From a virus (Duplodnaviria > Caudoviricetes), in IMG/VR virus record IMGVR_UViG_3300031993_000008, positions 184,383 through 248,382 of that record: a stretch of DNA of 64,000 bases; one strand, 5' to 3'. Within the stretch, counting starts at the first letter, position 1. Each line of letters opens with the position of its first letter. The notes beneath the pieces are model-generated. The model saw only the letters and a program-made list of their open reading frames with translations. It was not told the origin of the DNA and ran no database searches. A program made the translations under genes and the position numbers. Positions 59,281 through 64,000 of the stretch are shown piece after piece.

Positions 59281-59809
59281 CCTCGATCAGCGAATTGCGG
59301 TAGTCTTCCTTTGTCTTCTCGAAACCTTCCTTGGTGGGTTCACCGCATTTTGCCAATTCATCATCATAATATGATGACTTGTTTATGGATATATCTATCT
59401 GATCGATGGCGAACTTCTTGAGTCCTTCGAATTCCTCATCACAGTTCCAGGATTCTATCTCCTCCTTTATCTTCAGGTAGTCTGCATAGTTCTCCAGATC
59501 CTTTTGTCTGGCCTTCTCAAGAGTTTTGATTCTGTCCTTGGTTTCAGAAATGTATTTCTCACACAGTTCATCATCAGACATATTTTGGATCTTCTCAAGA
59601 TTGCTCTTCTCACCATCCAACATCATCTGATGGTAGTCTATCGAGTGCTGATATGATTGGGTGAGGTCCTCGGTATAGTCATCCTGGATCTCCAGAGGTC
59701 TGTCCATCAGTTTGGTGCAGACTCCGAAACCGCGTAAACAAAGGTGGAGGAATGTCTTTGCATCCTTCACCTTACCGTTTTCTATAAAAGAAGTATAACT
59801 TGTGGGCAT
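59165..59809 (-). CDS. conserved phage coiled-coil protein
   Basis: MPTSYTSFI...F...C.RGFG N-terminus. Confidence 0.65.
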   Translation of the reverse strand: MPTSYTSFIENGKVKDAKTFLHLCLRGFGVCTKLMDRPLEIQDDYTEDLTQSYQHSIDYHQMMLDGEKSNLEKIQNMSDDELCEKYISETKDRIKTLEKARQKDLENYADYLKIKEEIESWNCDEEFEGLKKFAIDQIDISINKSSYYDDELAKCGEPTKEGFEKTKEDYRNSLIEDAEWHINYHSKEIKRLQENKADSLRIYAKFKEDLKKFD

Positions 59810-59842
59810 ATATTAGTAAATTTCAGACGATTGCGCCTGCGG

Positions 59843-60472
59843 TTAAACATCTTCCTCATCAAAATCAGAGTCACCCTCATCATCATCCATAGCCTTCATC
59901 TCGGCCTTCAGTGATTTGCGGGCTTCCTTTCTCATAATCTTGATAGCCTCCTTTGACTTTATGAACTTCTTGAGTTCATCTTCAATGAGACCGTCAACCT
60001 CCTTCTGGAAATCTTCCTCAGATGCCTCCTTCCAATCCAGACCTGTGATCTTCTCCAATGAGAACATCACCTTGTCAAGAATCTTGGGCATCTCCTCATC
60101 GGATGTACCCCTGAATTCCATCTTCTTGCGTTCCTTGATGGCGGCAATCAGGTTGTTGTAACAGAGCTGACCTTCTTCGGTCATCTTGCCGTCCTTGAAA
60201 AGTTTGATGGGAGTGTCATCCTTCTTCTTGGGACCAAACACTCTCAACAGTGAATCAAGGTTCTCACAGATGTGGACTTCTGTATAGCTGAAGTTGGCCA
60301 CATCATAACCGTATTTCTTCTTAAGGATACCAGGAACCTTCTCGGTCACCTCAAAATCATCTCCGGCAAGGAATCCCTTTGATGTAGGAAGTGATGCTTT
60401 GACCTTTCCCTTCTCTTCCGGAGAGAGGTCATCAAGTTGCCAAATTATCTTTGTAATCTTAACTGCTTTCAT
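59843..60472 (-). CDS. hypothetical early protein with acidic tail
   Basis: First gene after promoter 60516-60547. Confidence 0.65.
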   Translation of the reverse strand: MKAVKITKIIWQLDDLSPEEKGKVKASLPTSKGFLAGDDFEVTEKVPGILKKKYGYDVANFSYTEVHICENLDSLLRVFGPKKKDDTPIKLFKDGKMTEEGQLCYNNLIAAIKERKKMEFRGTSDEEMPKILDKVMFSLEKITGLDWKEASEEDFQKEVDGLIEDELKKFIKSKEAIKIMRKEARKSLKAEMKAMDDDEGDSDFDEEDV

Positions 60473-60515
60473 AATTATAGTTGTTTATTTTTATATGATC
60501 TTCTAATCTCCTCTA

Positions 60516-60547
60516 CGAATATACGGGTTTAAAACGAAACCACCAAA
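60516..60547 (-). promoter_or_regulatory. Bacteroidota-type early promoter
   Basis: TTTG(GTGG)-N20-TATATTCG. Confidence 0.65.
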
Positions 60548-60675
60548 TTTTTTAACATCTTTTTTGAATTTATTTTTTGATGTCGGTGGATTGCAGGTTT
60601 CGCAGTCCGCAACCGCAGTAGAGTATATATAAGTATTTATACATCTGCCAATTTCGGATCAGGAAATTACAGTGT

Positions 60676-61170
60676 TTAATCAGGATGGTTGAGATGGTCA
60701 TCCTCACACTCTATGATTTTGTCAATGAACATCTCCGCATATTTCCTGATTTCCTGAACCGAATACTTGTGTCCCGATTCCTGTCCTTCATTGTCCCGGG
60801 TATACATATCTGTCTGATTCATATCATACATATAATCCCCTTCCTTACAGAAAGAATATTCGAACCTGGTCTTGCTTCCTGACGCAATTCTGTCCAGTTC
60901 ATACTTTTTGTCATCAGTGAATTTCAGGATCACTGAATCATGTCCTGAAAATGCGGATATAGTAGAATCCGTAGTGATGACCAGTGACGGGAAGTCACCA
61001 TCAGTCTTGATATCATAATGATACCCTCTGTAGTCATCCTCCTCCACTGTCACTATAGGACTCTTCTTTCCTTCGGATCCATAGTAGATCCTGGCGAACT
61101 CTTCCTTGGATATATTATCACCGATGCCTTTGTCTAACATCTCTCCCCAAATTCCACTCATAATTGTCAA
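60676..61170 (-). CDS. hypothetical protein
   Basis: ORF in operon. Confidence 0.55.
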   Translation of the reverse strand: MTIMSGIWGEMLDKGIGDNISKEEFARIYYGSEGKKSPIVTVEEDDYRGYHYDIKTDGDFPSLVITTDSTISAFSGHDSVILKFTDDKKYELDRIASGSKTRFEYSFCKEGDYMYDMNQTDMYTRDNEGQESGHKYSVQEIRKYAEMFIDKIIECEDDHLNHPD

Positions 61171-61173
61171 TAT

Positions 61174-61506
61174 TTAAAAGGTTAGTAATTCCACCCACTC
61201 CTCCAGATAGTTCTCACTGAAGTCTGAAATGGGTCTTGTATTTCCTGGACGCAGGATGGTGCTGAAGTCATCTGTATCCTCATCAGAGATCTGCACCTGG
61301 ATGTTTCCATATCTGTCCAACATCAGGTGTGTCACATATGTTCTTTCATTCAGTTCATATGATTTCTGTTCCTTGGATCTTCCGGAGAATGATATTACTG
61401 CTGAATATCTGTCAATGTTGTTCCACTCCCTGAACCTCTGTCCGGGAAGTGTGTCAAAATAGTTGTTCTCCAGGATGATCTCCTTCAGTTTCTCTATAAG
61501 TTCCAT
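61174..61506 (-). CDS. hypothetical protein
   Basis: ORF in operon. Confidence 0.55.
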   Translation of the reverse strand: MELIEKLKEIILENNYFDTLPGQRFREWNNIDRYSAVISFSGRSKEQKSYELNERTYVTHLMLDRYGNIQVQISDEDTDDFSTILRPGNTRPISDFSENYLEEWVELLTF

Positions 61507-61509
61507 ACC

Positions 61510-61731
61510 TTATTTCTTTATATATAAGTCATAATATGTCTTTGCACATTTCAAACCAAGATCAGGATGGGTGGCATTGATGTATTTGACTACCTTTGGG
61601 TATCCATACTTGGCCAACATCATTGCATATTCCTTTTCATCATCAGTCAGGGTATCTTCCGGAACCATCTCCTTGAGATCCCTTTCTATCTCCTCATCAG
61701 TGAGTATCTTGGTCTCCTTTTCCATAATCAT
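61510..61731 (-). CDS. small protein with L7/L12 C-terminal-like motif
   Basis: VVKYI...DLGLKCAKTYYD resembles GLKEAK..VE. Confidence 0.4.
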   Translation of the reverse strand: MIMEKETKILTDEEIERDLKEMVPEDTLTDDEKEYAMMLAKYGYPKVVKYINATHPDLGLKCAKTYYDLYIKK

Positions 61732-62129
61732 AATCCCAATCTGTCCAAAATAGGTGTTATGTTCTCTCTGATCATATCCTCTTTGTCAGGATACTTCTTT
61801 ATCTCCTCCTCCATAGTTGCTCTGGCAGCCAAAGGTTTCTCGGACTTGGTGAATCTCGAGCATTCCCAGTCTATCACCATAGCTTCCCAGTCATATCCTC
61901 TCTTTCCCTTGTAGCGGAGATGATGTCTGTTGTGTTCCTTGTGCCAATTCCTGGTCTTGGTGTAGTCATTCCTGAACAACAACATCAGGAAAGGCTTCTC
62001 AATGTCATGGAACAGGTACTTGAACTTCCACACACCCAGGTTGAGCGCTGTCATATTGAATGCGCACCAATGGGCGAAGGTATATTTGAATCCTCCTCTC
62101 TCATCATTGCTGAATCCTGCACTCTTCAT
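61728..62129 (-). CDS. HD-like (DUF5662-type) protein
   Basis: HDIEK, H...N.HH, MVIDW. Confidence 0.65.
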   Translation of the reverse strand: MKSAGFSNDERGGFKYTFAHWCAFNMTALNLGVWKFKYLFHDIEKPFLMLLFRNDYTKTRNWHKEHNRHHLRYKGKRGYDWEAMVIDWECSRFTKSEKPLAARATMEEEIKKYPDKEDMIRENITPILDRLGL

Positions 62130-62476
62130 TTCTTTTTCTTTTTACTGACACTATAAGGATCTGATGTTATTCCCCTAAGAACAGGAATCCATACTTTTTC
62201 AACATTCGGCTGACCAACTTTCATCAGTTTTGCATTCTCACTGCCATATCCAATTGGACGTGGACCATAATTATGATTGTACTTCTCAACATATGATTCC
62301 TCATTGTTTACAGGAACCTCAAGTTCAATCTGTTTCCACATCCAGATAAACACACCACGAATAGATCCGTCTTCATTCTTCCATGTTTGACGAAGAGTAT
62401 TCCATGCCTGCTCATCTGAATCAAACTCCTTCGCTTCCGTGCCGCGAAGTGCATTTTCCAATTTATAGCGTGCCAT
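62126..62476 (-). CDS. hypothetical protein
   Basis: ORF in operon. Confidence 0.55.
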   Translation of the reverse strand: MARYKLENALRGTEAKEFDSDEQAWNTLRQTWKNEDGSIRGVFIWMWKQIELEVPVNNEESYVEKYNHNYGPRPIGYGSENAKLMKVGQPNVEKVWIPVLRGITSDPYSVSKKKKK

Positions 62477-62478
62477 AA

Positions 62479-63012
62479 TTATTTCAGTTTTCCTTTTACT
62501 TCATCTCCAATGAGATGTCTCATTATATATTCACAGGCAGATCCTGTGTTTATCTCCTCATATCCGATACTCATATTGTCCAGACACTTCTTTATCTTTG
62601 CATCAACCTCCTTTGCCTCCTGGAGATCCTGCATCCTTCCGGTAGTCGTGTAGAAAGAGTCATCCCTGTTGAGGAAATAGACCACATTGTCGAACTCATT
62701 CCACTTTTCCAGGACAATATCCTTGAATGCCTGGGATGGTTCACCATAGAACAGTCCTGCCAGGATGGAGGAGTCGGTGATGATGATGTCAACCTTCTGG
62801 GAGACCCTCCACAGTTTATGATAATACTTGGCGGTCAGGTAGAACTGATCTTCTATCGTCTTACTTCTCTCCTCCCAGACAGCATCTTTCACCCACTCGG
62901 TGACCAACTCACAGTTGACTCCAAGTCTGTTCAGGTTGTAGAAGACGCCGGCCGCAGCCGTTGACTTTCCTGAACCGGGACCACCCACCAGATTGATTAC
63001 TTTACATGCCAT
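62479..63012 (-). CDS. P-loop nucleotide kinase (AAA_28/NadR-kinase-like)
   Basis: GGPGSGKST, IITDSS, GR.Q. Confidence 0.85.
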   Translation of the reverse strand: MACKVINLVGGPGSGKSTAAAGVFYNLNRLGVNCELVTEWVKDAVWEERSKTIEDQFYLTAKYYHKLWRVSQKVDIIITDSSILAGLFYGEPSQAFKDIVLEKWNEFDNVVYFLNRDDSFYTTTGRMQDLQEAKEVDAKIKKCLDNMSIGYEEINTGSACEYIMRHLIGDEVKGKLK

Positions 63013-63031
63013 ATCCTTACTTCTTATATCT

Positions 63032-63535
63032 TTAAATGTCTGATTTAATTTTAGCCAATTGACATTTTAATTCATTATACTTTGCCGTATATTCATCATA
63101 AACTTCTTTCCAACGATTACCAAAGTTTGTGCCAATATTATTTACATAGTAATTATAGGATCTTTCAATCCATTCTTTGGCATTTGCCATTTCTTCTTTA
63201 AGTTCCTTTTCAGCCTTTTTGAGCTTCTCTACAATAGAACTCCACTTTAGTATAGGATACTTTTTTAAGTAATTGGCTTTTACTGCTTTGTGTTTAACTT
63301 TATCATAGTAAAAACAATCATATTCTAAATCTTCTATACAACGTCTGTCTTCCACAGTGGAATAGTCGTCACAGCTCCATTTATTCAGAACCATATCATC
63401 AGGTATCACTACTCGGATCCACCCAAACTGTGCATATGTTGAGTTTGCATCTAACCTAAATTTACTTATCTTCTGATCTACTGTAGCAACAGGAGATATA
63501 ATATAGCGATATCGTTTTCTTTTAGATTCTCCCAT
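63032..63535 (-). CDS. hypothetical protein
   Basis: 167-aa ORF, AT-richer than neighbours. Confidence 0.55.
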   Translation of the reverse strand: MGESKRKRYRYIISPVATVDQKISKFRLDANSTYAQFGWIRVVIPDDMVLNKWSCDDYSTVEDRRCIEDLEYDCFYYDKVKHKAVKANYLKKYPILKWSSIVEKLKKAEKELKEEMANAKEWIERSYNYYVNNIGTNFGNRWKEVYDEYTAKYNELKCQLAKIKSDI

Positions 63536-63551
63536 ATTTGAATATTTAATC

Positions 63552-63845
63552 TTACTTCTTATACTTGATAATATATCTCTTGTGTATCACAGTGTCTCCA
63601 TTTGTTATGTACATCTGTGACTGATCAAGGACTTTATAATCTGAAGTCACAACAGTGACATATTCATCATTCTGTCCATCATCCTGTCCATCTAATTTAA
63701 TGAACCACACACCTATTCCTGCACATAATATAGCAAGTATGAGACCGGTTATGGCAAGATTCCATTCCGATTCCAGTATGTATATGATAGAGATGATGCC
63801 GAGGATGAATCCCAGTACTATCAAAAAAGCTCCAATTACTCCCAT
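63552..63845 (-). CDS. small membrane protein
   Basis: Two N-terminal hydrophobic helices. Confidence 0.6.
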   Translation of the reverse strand: MGVIGAFLIVLGFILGIISIIYILESEWNLAITGLILAILCAGIGVWFIKLDGQDDGQNDEYVTVVTSDYKVLDQSQMYITNGDTVIHKRYIIKYKK

Positions 63846-64000
63846 ATTGTTTTAATTTTAAAGTTACTCACTTATCTTATCCATAACTGCCTTGATCATC
63901 TCATTCTGATACTGGGCAGCCATATCCTCCTTCATCTTCAGTCCTCCGGTGAGATGACCCCAACCTCTGAAATATCCTATAAGATTTCCATACTGGTAGA

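Noticed and set aside
1-64000. TAG-to-Gln recoding as in Lak megaphages
   Set aside because: Very long ORFs are intact under the standard code, and TAG ends several genes at sensible positions (52301, 56667, 58025, 58224).
1-64000. Integrase, transposase, intron or homing endonuclease
   Set aside because: No recognisable catalytic motifs or interrupted genes.

Overview
This window is a 64-kb segment of a large, AT-rich dsDNA bacteriophage with T4-like (jumbo/megaphage-type) core genes, most likely infecting a Bacteroidota host such as Prevotella or Bacteroides. Host evidence: TTTG-N20-TAnnTTTG promoters, a Bacteroidota-like SmpB, and DUF5119 and GH2 genes. The standard genetic code fits. Left part (1-26 kb): UvsW, UvsY, a gp2-like end protector, a ColE2-type primase/replicase-like protein, putative internal head proteins, two amidases, large virion or fibre proteins, and a late glycosylation cluster. 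Middle (26-42 kb): a DUF2828/VWA gene, smpB, small hypothetical genes, and an oppositely oriented 1361-aa repeat/GH2 glycosidase under a late promoter. A ~2-kb non-coding island (42.18-44.23 kb) contains mirrored G-tracts, iteron-like repeats and shuffled short repeats. Right part (44-64 kb): minus-strand early/accessory genes driven by host-type promoters, including exported proteins, paralog arrays, NADAR, a phosphoesterase and a kinase. Three promoter motif classes can be read directly from the sequence. The most unusual signal is a polar 17-bp motif, YCGY-N3-YCGY-N2-YCGY, with seven intergenic copies in CG-poor DNA. It sits upstream of four early promoters and inside the non-coding island. 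All family calls are by-eye motif recognition; no database searches were run.
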